This document shows positions 1-9,201 of a stretch of DNA of 64,000 bases, piece by piece. Within the stretch, counting starts at the first letter, position 1; every line of letters starts with the position of its first letter. The stretch is from contig DATHMN010000056.1 in the NCBI GenBank assembly GCA_035487135.1, positions 6,428 to 70,427 on the forward strand. The letters are read 5' to 3'. This DNA is from Steroidobacteraceae bacterium (lineage in GTDB: Bacteria; Pseudomonadota; Gammaproteobacteria; Steroidobacterales; Steroidobacteraceae). Both the position numbers and the translations under genes were made by a program. The notes below the pieces were generated by a model, which worked only from the letters and a program-made list of their open reading frames with translations, had not been told where the DNA came from and did not search any database.

Positions 1-777
1 CTCATCGGGTGAGGCAACCTCGAACGGATAGCCACCGACCCAGTCAACCACGTCGCGCCAGCGGCTCATGCCGCGCGTCGGGTCGGGCTGACGCCAGCTG
101 CGCAGGTAGCCGCCGAACTGACCTGCGACGAGCGCCGAACCGGCGGCCTTGAATTCGGTCGGCCCTATGGCCAGGACCGCCCACGGTGCCTTCAAGGGTC
201 GCGGCAGCCAGTTGTAGATCTGTTTCGCGCGCAACCAGCGCCGACTGCGGCTGCCCTGGTCGTTGTAGATTGCAATGAACAGCTGGCCCCCGGGTGCCAC
301 CAACGGCACGACGTTGCCGAGCGCCTGCCACATGCTGCCGGTGTGATGCAGCACACCCCAGGAGTACACCACGTCGAAGCGTCCCAGGCCCGCGAGATAG
401 CCGGCATCGAGCACGGAGGCCTCGGCGATGGTCCACGTCTCGTCGCCGGGATAGAAGCGCTGGCGCAGTGTAGCCGTGCAGGCAACTGAATGCGGGTCGT
501 AGTCGAAGGAATGTACGCGCGCCCCGAGGCGCCGCGCCGCCAGACTGAACAGGCCGCTGCCGGAACCAGCGTCGACGAAAGATCTGCCGGCGAGGCTCGT
601 GACGCCGAGCATTTCGCGCAACGACTCGACCGCGTAGCTCACGCGTTCCTCGGTCAGACTGGCGAGAAATCGCGCCCAGTTCTTGCCGAATTCAAAGCGG
701 TCGCCACTCGCCACTTCCCTGGCGTGTGTGCCCTGCCCCTGGCTATTGACTACCGCATCCACATCCTGGTCCCACAA
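1..777 (-). CDS. class I SAM-dependent methyltransferase (3' end runs off the left edge; non-ATG start)
   Basis: Own minus-strand translation: ...TSLAGRSFVDAGSGSGLFSLAARRLGARVHSFDYDPHSVA... (motif I VDxGxGxG). It continues in frame to position 1 (WRDVVDWVGGYPFEVASPDE). Upstream in-frame stop at 796-798. There is no ATG; the candidates are TTG 777 and GTG 762, which explains its absence from the ORF track. Confidence 0.75.
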   Translation of the reverse strand, partial: MWDQDVDAVVNSQGQGTHAREVASGDRFEFGKNWARFLASLTEERVSYAVESLREMLGVTSLAGRSFVDAGSGSGLFSLAARRLGARVHSFDYDPHSVACTATLRQRFYPGDETWTIAEASVLDAGYLAGLGRFDVVYSWGVLHHTGSMWQALGNVVPLVAPGGQLFIAIYNDQGSRSRRWLRAKQIYNWLPRPLKAPWAVLAIGPTEFKAAGSALVAGQFGGYLRSWRQPDPTRGMSRWRDVVDWVGGYPFEVASPDE

Positions 778-886
778 CGCACATCCGCAAGGATGCTACG
801 AGATTTGCCCACTTCACACTAGCGGCGCCACGCGCTGACTGCTCCGCTTGTGGCGCGCACGCCATTGCGTACTGGATTACGTAATC

Positions 887-2074
887 TCAGTCGCCGCCCT
901 GCGTGCGGGCATAACTCACCTTATGCCAGGCGCGTCCTGAGCCGCCACTGATCCACACCCAGAAACCCAGCCACGCGGCTGCATTCAGCGTCACAAACGA
1001 GGCAGCCGCCGCGGCGAGGCGCGAACGCGCGCTGATGAGGCCGCACAGCGCGAACAGCGCCAGTGCGTAGAAGGCCAGCTGTGCCCAGAAGGCCAGCTGA
1101 TAGAGCGGGCCATGCAGCACTGCGCTGCTGGCGAATACGCCGATCAGCAGCCACGGGACCAGCAGGCGCAGCACCTTGTGTGAAAGGAACTGCAGCCATA
1201 GGGGATTGCGCCAGGGCAGCAGCGCCTGTGGCAGAGCCGCCATGAGCTGGAAGTTGCCGCTTAGCGTGCGTACCTTGCGACGAAATTCGTCGCGCGGCCG
1301 CTCCGGCAGACGGTCGTAGGCAAGCGCGCGCTCATCGTGCAGCACGCGGTAACCCTGCATGGCGACGCGCAGCGGCCAGTACACATCATCGAGCAGCAGT
1401 CCTGGCGGAACCGGCGTGAACAACTCGCGGCGCAGCGCGGCGATCGAGCCGGAGACACCGACGCTCGAGTGTAGACGCGACTCGTTGCGGCGCAGCCATT
1501 TCTCGTAGCGCCAGTACAGGCCGATGCCCGCGAGCGCGCCGGGTGTGACCTCGAGCAGCAGCTCCCCGCTCGCCGCTCCCACCCGCGCGTCAGAGAAGTT
1601 GCGCAGCAGCGCCTGCAGGGCATCATCGGCCCAGCGCTGGCGCGCATCTGCAAACACCAGGATTTCGCCGCGCGCGAGCGCACAGCCACGCGACAGGGCA
1701 TAAGCCTTGCCGTGGTTCTCCGGCAGCTCAAGTACCTGCACCAGCGAGCCTGGATAGGCGCGCGCCAGCTCCGCTGTGCCATCGCGGCAGCCATCGGTCA
1801 CGACAATGATCTCGCCCGCGCAACCGCAGCCGGCGACCAGGCGCGCCAGCTCATCGAGTCTGGCGCGGATACGCGGTGCCTCATCGTGGACCGCAATGAC
1901 GACACTCAGCGAGCGGGGATCGGCCGCCGCGGGCGCCGGGCCGGAGGCCGGGCGCAGCGCCGCCAGCAGCCACACGGCGGCAGGATATAAGAAGTAGGTG
2001 TAGGCGATGAGCACCCCGCCGCCCCAGAACAATGCCATGAGGACGGCATGCACGACACTGTCGTTATGACTCAC
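887..2074 (-). CDS. membrane-integrated family 2 glycosyltransferase
   Basis: 395-aa ORF. N-terminal TM segment, then a GT-A core (SVVIAVHDEAPRI, VVTDGCRDGT, FADARQ, LLDDVYWPLR) and C-terminal TM helices, typical of processive GT2 enzymes. Confidence 0.85.
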   Translation of the reverse strand: MSHNDSVVHAVLMALFWGGGVLIAYTYFLYPAAVWLLAALRPASGPAPAAADPRSLSVVIAVHDEAPRIRARLDELARLVAGCGCAGEIIVVTDGCRDGTAELARAYPGSLVQVLELPENHGKAYALSRGCALARGEILVFADARQRWADDALQALLRNFSDARVGAASGELLLEVTPGALAGIGLYWRYEKWLRRNESRLHSSVGVSGSIAALRRELFTPVPPGLLLDDVYWPLRVAMQGYRVLHDERALAYDRLPERPRDEFRRKVRTLSGNFQLMAALPQALLPWRNPLWLQFLSHKVLRLLVPWLLIGVFASSAVLHGPLYQLAFWAQLAFYALALFALCGLISARSRLAAAAASFVTLNAAAWLGFWVWISGGSGRAWHKVSYARTQGGD

Positions 2075-2329
2075 GGCGGCGATTCCACCATGAGTTGCGT
2101 CGGCCGCGCCGCCGGATCAGGACGCCGGTAGTCGGGCGCGCTCGATAACTGTTGCCTTGAGGCATTCCTCATCAAGGAATGATAGTCGCAGGATCGTACG
2201 GGCGCGTCGCAGCTCGGTTTCGTGTGCACCAGTGTTACAATGCAGTGCACAATCTAGAATGCTAAGACATGACGCAACATCATGATAAATGTGATATTCA
2301 AGTTTAAATTGTGGCCGAATAATTTTCTC

Positions 2330-2357
2330 TTGCACTGCATACAAATAAATGTATAAT
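2330..2357 (+). promoter_or_regulatory. sigma70-like promoter of the phasin gene (TTGCAC - 16 bp - TATAAT)
   Basis: TTGCAC at 2330-2335 and TATAAT at 2352-2357, inside the only strongly AT-rich stretch of the window. AGGAG lies 8 nt before the ATG at 2393. Confidence 0.5.
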
Positions 2358-2392
2358 GGCCGCCAGTTATCACTGATGCAGGAGTTGCCACC

Positions 2393-2752
2393 ATGATCGA
2401 CAAACAAGCCTTTGACCCCAGCGCCATGATGGCTGCGACCCGCGAAGCCTTCGCCCCCGTGCTGAAGGCGCAGCAGGACAGCTTCAAGAGCTTCGAGCGC
2501 CTGGCGCGTCTGCAGTACGCAGTCGCCGGTGACGTGCTCGAGTCAGGCCTCGCCCGCGTGAACGCCAGCTTCGTTGCTGCCAGCCCGAGCGACCTGCTCA
2601 GCAAGCAGAGCGAGCTCAGCACGCAGCTGGCCGAGAAGCTGCGCGCCCGCGCCGAGGAATTCGCGACGGTGACGTCCGAGATCCAGGCGAAGTTCGGCCA
2701 GCTCGGCAGCGAGATCGCGGCCAAGGCAGTGCGCGGCCGCAAGGCAGCCTGA
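2393..2752 (+). CDS. phaP: phasin (PHA granule-associated protein)
   Basis: 119-aa Ala/Gln/Glu-rich helical protein (FAPVLKAQQDSFKSFERLARLQYAVAGDVLE...) immediately upstream of phaC and phaB. Confidence 0.85.
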   Translation: MIDKQAFDPSAMMAATREAFAPVLKAQQDSFKSFERLARLQYAVAGDVLESGLARVNASFVAASPSDLLSKQSELSTQLAEKLRARAEEFATVTSEIQAKFGQLGSEIAAKAVRGRKAA

Positions 2753-2769
2753 TATTGTGGCGGTCCATC

Positions 2770-2807
2770 GCACCCGGGAGTTCCTACTCCCGGGTGCGGT
2801 TCCTTTT
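2770..2807 (+). terminator. stem-loop after the phasin gene (possible intrinsic terminator/attenuator)
   Basis: Perfect 11-bp stem GCACCCGGGAG (2770-2780) / CTCCCGGGTGC (2787-2797), 6-nt loop, followed by GGTTCCTTTTAG. The U-tract is weak. Confidence 0.5.
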
Positions 2808-2821
2808 AGAGGGGGATCGCC

Positions 2822-4606
2822 GTGACCGTCCGTTCGAAGAAGAAAGCCCGGCGCGCCGCGCGCCCGGCTGCAAAGCCCGCAACCACCTCTCCCCCTGAGT
2901 CACCCTGCAAAGCCGAGGTCGAGCGCCAGCTGCAGGCGCAGCTCGCGGCGCTCACCGGCGGACTCGCGCCCGCTGATTACGCCGAGACGTGGTGGGACTG
3001 GTATCTGGGGGTCGCGAATCATCCGCCGCGCCAGATGGAGCTGGCACGCAGCGCTTGCGAAAAAGTGCTCGACAGCTGGCAGTTCGTGACGCGCGCCGGC
3101 AATGGCGCGCCGCTCGCGCCGGGTGCCGAGGAACTTGGTTTCGGTGATTCCGCCTGGAATACCTGGCCGTTCAATGTGTACGCGCACACGTACGCGAACT
3201 GGGTCTCCTGGTGGCAGCAGGCGCTCGCGCCCGCCGCCGATGCGCCGGACCCACAATCCGCACGGCGCAACTTCTCCGGCAAATTGCTGCTGGAAGCGGC
3301 CTCGCCCGCCAACTTCCTGCATACCAATCCGCGGCTTCTCAATCAGACCGCCGCGGAATCCGGCCAGAATCTGATCCGCGGGCTCAAGCACTGGCTCGAA
3401 GACGCGCAACGCATGGGTGGCGGCGGGCCCACTCCCGGAACCGAGAATTTTCAGGTGGGCAAGGACGTCGCGATCACCCCTGGCAAGGTGGTCTATCGCA
3501 ATCGCCTGATCGAACTGCTGCAATATTCGCCGCAGACACCGAAAGTCTACGCCGAGCCGGTGCTGATCACGCCGGCCTGGATCATGAAGTACTACATCCT
3601 CGATCTGTCGCCGCGCAATTCGCTGGTGCGCTACCTGGTCGAGAACGGCCACACCGTCTTCATGATTTCCTGGAAGAACCCCAATGCCGCCGATCGCGAG
3701 CTCGGCATGGATGACTATGTGCGGCTCGGCTTCGTCGAGGCTCTCGCGGCCGTGCGTCGCCTGGTACCGCGTAAAAAGGTGCACGCGGCGGGCTACTGTA
3801 TCGGCGGCACGCTGCTGGCGATCGCCGCGGCGCAGCTCGCGGCTGCCGGCGACCGCTCGCTCGCCTCCCTGAGCTTCTTCGCCGCGCAGGTCGACTTCAG
3901 CGAGCCCGGCGAGCTGTCGGTGTTCATCACACCCAATCAGATCGCCATGCTCGAAGCCATGATGCATAAGAATGGCGTGCTGGAGAGTGAGCGCATGGGT
4001 GGCGCGTTCGCGCTGCTGCGTTCGCGCGATTTGTTGTGGAATCCGGCCGTCGAGCAGTACGTGCGTGGCGAGCGACCCAAGCTGAACGATCTCATGGCGT
4101 GGAATGCCGACGGGACGCGCATGCCCTGGCGCATGCACAGCGAGTACCTGGAACGCCTCTATCTGAGGAATGAGCTCGCCCAGGGAACGTTTACACTCGA
4201 TGGCAAGGGGCTCAGCTTGGCGAAACTGCAGTTACCGATGTTCGTCGTCGGCACGGAAACCGATCATGTCGCGCCGTGGCGCTCGGTGTACAAGATCCGC
4301 GGCCTGACGCGCAGCGCCGACTTCACCTTCCTGCTCACCAGCGGCGGACACAATGCCGGCATTGTCAGCGGCCCGGTGCACCCGAAGCGCCGGCATCGGC
4401 TGCTGACTTGGCACGACCCGAAGCGCTCGTTGTCACCGGAGGCGTGGCTGGAGAAAGCGCCATTGCACGAAGGTTCCTGGTGGCCGGCGTGGCTCGGCTG
4501 GCTGCAGCAGCACTCCAGTGCGCGCCAGGAGAGCGCCCGCGCGACCCCGACCGGAAAGCGCGCTGCCGCGCTTGAGGATGCCCCCGGGCAGTACGTGCGC
4601 GAATGA
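2822..4606 (+). CDS. phaC: class I poly(3-hydroxyalkanoate) synthase
   Basis: 594 aa, GTG start. Lipase-like box GYCIGGTLL with catalytic Cys. Conserved PhaC blocks (ITPAWIMKYYILDL, FMISWKNP, WNADGTRMP). Sits in a PHA gene context. Confidence 0.95.
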   Translation: MTVRSKKKARRAARPAAKPATTSPPESPCKAEVERQLQAQLAALTGGLAPADYAETWWDWYLGVANHPPRQMELARSACEKVLDSWQFVTRAGNGAPLAPGAEELGFGDSAWNTWPFNVYAHTYANWVSWWQQALAPAADAPDPQSARRNFSGKLLLEAASPANFLHTNPRLLNQTAAESGQNLIRGLKHWLEDAQRMGGGGPTPGTENFQVGKDVAITPGKVVYRNRLIELLQYSPQTPKVYAEPVLITPAWIMKYYILDLSPRNSLVRYLVENGHTVFMISWKNPNAADRELGMDDYVRLGFVEALAAVRRLVPRKKVHAAGYCIGGTLLAIAAAQLAAAGDRSLASLSFFAAQVDFSEPGELSVFITPNQIAMLEAMMHKNGVLESERMGGAFALLRSRDLLWNPAVEQYVRGERPKLNDLMAWNADGTRMPWRMHSEYLERLYLRNELAQGTFTLDGKGLSLAKLQLPMFVVGTETDHVAPWRSVYKIRGLTRSADFTFLLTSGGHNAGIVSGPVHPKRRHRLLTWHDPKRSLSPEAWLEKAPLHEGSWWPAWLGWLQQHSSARQESARATPTGKRAAALEDAPGQYVRE

Positions 4607-4693
4607 GGCCGTGCGCAATGGACGGACTGGGCAATCGGCGTAGGAGTAATATCCGCTAGTCAGTGCCTGATGCAAACAACGGGGGATTGGGCG

Positions 4694-5443
4694 ATGACCA
4701 CGAAGACCAAACGGATTGCCTATGTTACCGGCGGCATGGGTGGCATCGGCACTTCCATCTGCCGCCGCCTGTGCAGCGACGGCTACACGGTGATCGCCGG
4801 GTGCGGCCCGGGTTCCGCGCGCAAGGACCGCTGGCTGGCGGAAATGCGCTCGGAAGGCTGCAACATTCACGCTTCCGAGGGTAACGTCTCCGACTGGGAC
4901 TCCACCAAGCACGCATTTGATGCTGCGCGTGCCGAGATCGGACCGATCGACATTCTGGTGAACAACGCCGGCATCACGCGCGACGGCACGTTTCAAAAGA
5001 TGAATTTGGATGCCTGGCGTGCGGTCATCGATACCAATCTCAACTCGTTGTTCTACGTCACCAAGCAGGTGATCGACGGCATGATCGAGCGCGGCTGGGG
5101 CCGCATCGTCAACATCTCCTCGGTCAACGGACAGAAAGGCCAGTTCGGCCAAACCAACTATTCGACCGCCAAGGCGGGAATCCACGGCTTCACCATGGCG
5201 CTGGCGCAAGAAGTCGCAGCGCGCGGCGTGACCGTGAATACCGTCTCGCCGGGTTACATCGGCACCGACATGGTGCGTGCCGTCAAGCCGGAGCGCCTCG
5301 AAAAAATCGTCGCCGGCATTCCGGTCAAGCGCCTGGGTGAGCCGCAGGAAATCGCTTCGATCGTCGCCTGGCTGGCCAGCGAGGAGTCCGGTTTCGCGAC
5401 CGGCGCGGATTTCTCGCTCAACGGCGGCCTGCACATGGGTTAG
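4694..5443 (+). CDS. phaB: acetoacetyl-CoA reductase (SDR)
   Basis: MTTKTKRIAYVTGGMGGIGTSICRRL (TGxxxGIG), NNAGIT, and YSTAKAG catalytic Y-x3-K. A GGGGA SD precedes ATG 4694; the tracked ORF start at 4670 is an upstream extension. Confidence 0.9.
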   Translation: MTTKTKRIAYVTGGMGGIGTSICRRLCSDGYTVIAGCGPGSARKDRWLAEMRSEGCNIHASEGNVSDWDSTKHAFDAARAEIGPIDILVNNAGITRDGTFQKMNLDAWRAVIDTNLNSLFYVTKQVIDGMIERGWGRIVNISSVNGQKGQFGQTNYSTAKAGIHGFTMALAQEVAARGVTVNTVSPGYIGTDMVRAVKPERLEKIVAGIPVKRLGEPQEIASIVAWLASEESGFATGADFSLNGGLHMG

Positions 5444-5476
5444 CGGGCGCAGCGCGCCACGCGCGGAAGCGAATCG

Positions 5477-6463
5477 TTGAAAGTCTGCGTAGTAGGCGCT
5501 GGCGCCATCGGCGGCTTGCTCGGCACGCGGCTCGCGCGCAGTGGCGCCGCCGAGGTCTCGGCGCTAGCGCGCGGGACGACGCTCGTCGCCTTGCGTGACC
5601 ACGGATGGCGTCTGCAGGAGGGTTCGGTGCTGCTGCAGGCTCCGGTGGCACTGGCCTCTGACGATCCGTGCGAACTCGGCCGCCACGACCTGGTCATCAT
5701 CGCACTCAAGGCGCCGGTGCTGCCGGCCCTCGCCCCGCGCCTCGCACCGCTCATCGATGAGAGTACGGTGGTGCTGCCGGCCATGAACGGCATTCCCTGG
5801 TGGTTCGGCGCCGGCATCGCTGCGCTCGGCGAGCGGCCGCTGCAGAGCATCGATCCGGGCGGGAGGATTGCCGCGGTCATTGCGCAGAGCTGCGTGGTCG
5901 GCTGCGTGGTGCACGCGAGTGCCACTACCGGGCCGCCCGGCATCACTCAGCACCGCATGGGACGCGGACTCATCATCGGCGAGCCGGATGGCGCGCAGTC
6001 GGCGCGCGCCGCGGCGCTGAGCGGCCTGTTCGAGCGCGCCGGTTTCGAGGTCAGCGCTTCCCGTCGCATTCGCTACGACATCTGGTACAAGCTCTGGGGC
6101 AACATGACCATGAACCCGGTCTCGGCCCTCACCGGTGCCACGGCCGATCGCATTCAGAACGATGATCTGGTGCGCGCCTTCTGCTCGGCCGCGATGAGCG
6201 AGGCCGCCGCGGTCGGCGCGCGCATCGGCTGCGCGGTGACCGAATCTCCCGAGGATCGCCACGCGGTCACGCGCAAACTGGGTGCTTTCAAAACCTCCAT
6301 GCTGCAGGACGTGGAAGCGCAGCGTCCCATCGAGCTCGACGCTCTGGTCGGCGTGGTGCGCGAGATCGGCCTGCGCGTCGGTGTGCCGACACCGAACATC
6401 GACGCATTGTTTGGCCTTACGCGCCTGTTCGGCGAGGTGCGTGGGCTGTATCCCGCTCGTTAG
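5477..6463 (+). CDS. panE: 2-dehydropantoate 2-reductase (ketopantoate reductase family)
   Basis: N-terminal MKVCVVGAGAIGG Rossmann motif. ApbA/PanE-like C-terminal block (KTSMLQDVEAQRPIELDALVGVV). TTG start. Confidence 0.8.
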   Translation: MKVCVVGAGAIGGLLGTRLARSGAAEVSALARGTTLVALRDHGWRLQEGSVLLQAPVALASDDPCELGRHDLVIIALKAPVLPALAPRLAPLIDESTVVLPAMNGIPWWFGAGIAALGERPLQSIDPGGRIAAVIAQSCVVGCVVHASATTGPPGITQHRMGRGLIIGEPDGAQSARAAALSGLFERAGFEVSASRRIRYDIWYKLWGNMTMNPVSALTGATADRIQNDDLVRAFCSAAMSEAAAVGARIGCAVTESPEDRHAVTRKLGAFKTSMLQDVEAQRPIELDALVGVVREIGLRVGVPTPNIDALFGLTRLFGEVRGLYPAR

Positions 6464-6680
6464 CTCTGCCGCCGACGGCATTCACGGCGCCTTCGCGCCG
6501 GCGACGACACACACAGCACCCCCGCTGCCCTGCGCCAGCCGCGACAGGCTGTAGCCAAACGCGCACGTCTCTACATCGAGACATTTGCGAGCGCCGCGCT
6601 GAGGCTTTTTACTGCGGCGCAATCCGCAGCTGAGCAACAGAGCTGACGGCGGACCCAGAACGCCGCGCGCGCTGCGCTTT

Positions 6681-6768
6681 GACTGCAAAACAAGGGCAAA
6701 CCCAACCGCAAGGGGGGGACGCAAAGCCTCCGGTCTCGAGACTGAGATAGCGGGGTCACCGGCAGTGC
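6681..6768 (+). promoter_or_regulatory. c-di-GMP-I (GEMM-I) riboswitch aptamer in the 5' leader of the 6833 gene
   Basis: ACUGCAAAACAAGGGCAAACCCAACCGCAAGGGGGGGACGCAAAGCCUCCGGUCUCGAGACUGAGAUAGCGGGGUCACCGGCAGU. It contains the GGCAAACC, GGACGCAAAGCCUCCGG and AGCGGGGUxACCG blocks in GEMM-I order, a GCAA tetraloop hairpin, and an ACUGC/GCAGU closing helix. Confidence 0.8.
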
Positions 6769-6832
6769 CGACCGTCACTTCGGCCTCATTGAGCAGGCGG
6801 CCGCGCGCGCAGCACGGCTGCAGGAGAGGCAA

Positions 6833-7741
6833 ATGCCCCGAATCTTCGCCGTGTTTGGATCCCTGCGTTTCGTGTTGCTTGGTGTGCTTACCCTCAGCGC
6901 AACCTGTCTGAGTTCGAACGCAAGTGCACTCACCATCTCGGGCACCCCGCTCAGCGTGGTATTCGCGAACAAGAGCTATTCCTTCACCCCGAGCGTCAGC
7001 GGCTCCAACGGTCACGCGCTCGCGTTCTCGATCGTCAACAAGCCCACCTGGGCCAGCTTCAGCAGCACCACGGGCAAACTCTTCGGTACACCGACGCTGG
7101 CGCAGGCCGGCTGGACCACGCACATCGTCATCTCGGTCAGCGACGGCGCCAGTTCCGCCGCGCTGTCGCGCTTCGACCTGCTGGTGCGTTACGACAAGGT
7201 GCCGCCGACCATCACCGGCACACCGCCGACCAGCGTCAGCGCCGGTAGCGCTTATAAATTCCAGCCGGTGGCCAAGGATGCCGCCGGCAACCCGATGTAC
7301 TTCACGATCACCAACAAGCCGGATTGGGCGACCTTCAGCATTGTCACCGGCCTGTTGTCCGGCACGCCGAGCAACGCACAGGCCGGCACCTATGCAAACA
7401 TTGTCATCCGTACCACCGATGACAATGAATCGGCCTCACTTGCGCCCTTCAGTATCACGGTCAAGTCGGCCGCGCCGCCCGGGGGTACCGCCACGGTAAG
7501 CTGGGACGCGCCCACCGAGAACACCAACGGCAGCGCGCTCACGAATCTCGCGGGCTACTGGATCCACTATGGCACCTCGCCGGCGAATCTCAGCCAGCTG
7601 GTCGAGGTCGCCGGTACGACGGTTACGAGCTACACGGTCGACAACCTGGCGGCGGCGACCTGGTATTTTGCGATTACCGCCTACACGACGAGCGGTGAGA
7701 TGAGCGCGCAGTCGGCGATCGCCAGCAAGACGATCGACTAA
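6833..7741 (+). CDS. secreted protein: two cadherin-like 'putative Ig' repeats plus a C-terminal fibronectin type III domain
   Basis: Signal peptide (FGSLRFVLLGVLTLSATCLSSNASA). Two repeats of the pattern ISGTP...Y.F.P......FSI.NKP.WA.FS..TG.L.GTP...QAG. FN3-like tail (VSWDAPTENTNGSALTNLAGYWIHYG...YTVDNL...WYFAITAY). Confidence 0.8.
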   Translation: MPRIFAVFGSLRFVLLGVLTLSATCLSSNASALTISGTPLSVVFANKSYSFTPSVSGSNGHALAFSIVNKPTWASFSSTTGKLFGTPTLAQAGWTTHIVISVSDGASSAALSRFDLLVRYDKVPPTITGTPPTSVSAGSAYKFQPVAKDAAGNPMYFTITNKPDWATFSIVTGLLSGTPSNAQAGTYANIVIRTTDDNESASLAPFSITVKSAAPPGGTATVSWDAPTENTNGSALTNLAGYWIHYGTSPANLSQLVEVAGTTVTSYTVDNLAAATWYFAITAYTTSGEMSAQSAIASKTID

Positions 7742-9195
7742 GTAGCAGCAGGACCGGGCGGCGGCGCCGCCGCCTCGGCGCGCGTGGCACCAAGTGTCGC
7801 CACCAATTCGCGCACGTCGGCCGCGCTGATCTCGCCGTGCGTGGCGCAGATACGGATGACCTCCTGCCCGGCAAAAGTGGTGGCCGCCACCCAGGCGCGG
7901 CGCGAGGCCAGCACGCGCCGCACGATCTCACGGATCGGCGGATAGCCGGGCGGGGGCGTGACGCACAGGACCGCCAGATGCGAATCATTGCGCACGCTCC
8001 AGCCGGCGGCACGCAGCTGTGCAGCGATCTGCGCGATTACCTCGACCGCCCGTTCGACGTGCTGCGCGTAACCCTGCCAGCCGGCCGCGGCGAGCGACAG
8101 GAACAGCTTCAGGCCCATAAAGCGGCGCGACCACTGCACGCTGTTGAGGTACGGATCGAGCGCACTCACGGTGGAGGGCATGAAATCGGTGGCCACCCGA
8201 CACGCATCACTGAGTACCGCCGGATGGCGTGTGATGAACATGCCGCAGCCCATGGTGGTCGCGAACCACTTGTGCGCATCGATCGTCAGTGAGTCGGCGC
8301 GCTCGATCCCGGCGAGCACACCCCGCAGGCGCTCAGAGCACAACGCCGCGCCGCCCCAGGCCGCATCGACGTGGTACCACAGGCCGAACTCACGCGCGAT
8401 CTCGGCACACGCCAGCAGCGGATCGACCATGCCGCCACCGGTGGTGCCGGCAGTGGCCGAAATCATGACCGGCACGATGCCCGCCTGAAGATCGCTACCA
8501 ACGGCTTGGGCGAGCGCCTCGGCGCGCATTTGCCCGCGCTCGTCCGTGGCGATCAACCGCAGCGCATCCCGACCCACGCCCGCCTGATGGACGATCTTGA
8601 ACCAGGCCGGCTGGCACTCACGCGAGGTATACATGGCGACCGGACCGGAGAAGGCACGCACGCCGGCGCCGCTGAAGCGCGGTTCCGCCCGCGTCAGCGC
8701 GCACAACAGCGCGGTGTAGTTGGCCTCGGAGCCCGCCGTGGTGAAATGACCGCCGGCATCCGCCGGCAGCCCGGCACGCTGCGCGAGCAGGCGCACGACA
8801 TGCGCCTCGATGGCGACCGGCACGGGCGAGGAACCGGAGCTCGCGAGCTGTGGATTGAAGGCGCCCGCAATGCGGTCGGCGAGCTGCGCGGGAAAGTTTG
8901 CGGCTGGATTGAACAAGCCGAAGTAGCGCGGGTGATTCATATGCACCACGCCGTGCTCGAGCTGCGTACAGGTCCATTCCAGCAGCCGCTCTGCCGCCTG
9001 CGGGGCCGCGAAGTCGAAAGTGGCGAGCTCGGCGCGAAACTGCGCCATGTCGATGGTCGGAACGACCGAACCGGCAGGCACGCGCTCGGCCGCCGCCAGC
9101 AGCCGCTGAGTCAGCAGGTTCTCCAGGCGCTCGCGCGCGGCGCGTTCCGGAAACAACGCCGCCGGCGGCGCCGGTAACGGCCGGTCAGCGCTCAT
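7738..9195 (-). CDS. PLP-dependent group II amino-acid decarboxylase family protein
   Basis: 485 aa. SLTIDAHKWF (PLP-lysine motif), GTTGGGMVDP, HVDAAWGG, typical of fold-type I decarboxylases. Substrate not assignable. Confidence 0.8.
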   Translation of the reverse strand: MSADRPLPAPPAALFPERAARERLENLLTQRLLAAAERVPAGSVVPTIDMAQFRAELATFDFAAPQAAERLLEWTCTQLEHGVVHMNHPRYFGLFNPAANFPAQLADRIAGAFNPQLASSGSSPVPVAIEAHVVRLLAQRAGLPADAGGHFTTAGSEANYTALLCALTRAEPRFSGAGVRAFSGPVAMYTSRECQPAWFKIVHQAGVGRDALRLIATDERGQMRAEALAQAVGSDLQAGIVPVMISATAGTTGGGMVDPLLACAEIAREFGLWYHVDAAWGGAALCSERLRGVLAGIERADSLTIDAHKWFATTMGCGMFITRHPAVLSDACRVATDFMPSTVSALDPYLNSVQWSRRFMGLKLFLSLAAAGWQGYAQHVERAVEVIAQIAAQLRAAGWSVRNDSHLAVLCVTPPPGYPPIREIVRRVLASRRAWVAATTFAGQEVIRICATHGEISAADVRELVATLGATRAEAAAPPPGPAAT

Positions 9196-9201
9196 GCGCG
9201 C

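Noticed and set aside
490-822. Tracked 110-aa plus-strand ORF, and the 44-436 and 192-485 minus-strand ORFs, at the left edge.
   Set aside because: The methyltransferase frame (motif I VDAGSGSG) on the minus strand explains the region. These ORFs are in other frames or on the other strand and have no motifs.
2900-4138. Long antisense ORFs inside well-supported genes. Examples: 2900-4138(-) in phaC, 13065-14531(+) in the deacylase, 20343-21461(-) in the RND pump, 45840-46988(+), 56686-58563(+) across virB11/virB10, and 58710-60149(+).
   Set aside because: Arg/Ala/Gly/Pro-rich translations without motifs. They are the expected stop-codon-poor shadow frames of high-GC DNA, opposite strongly supported genes.
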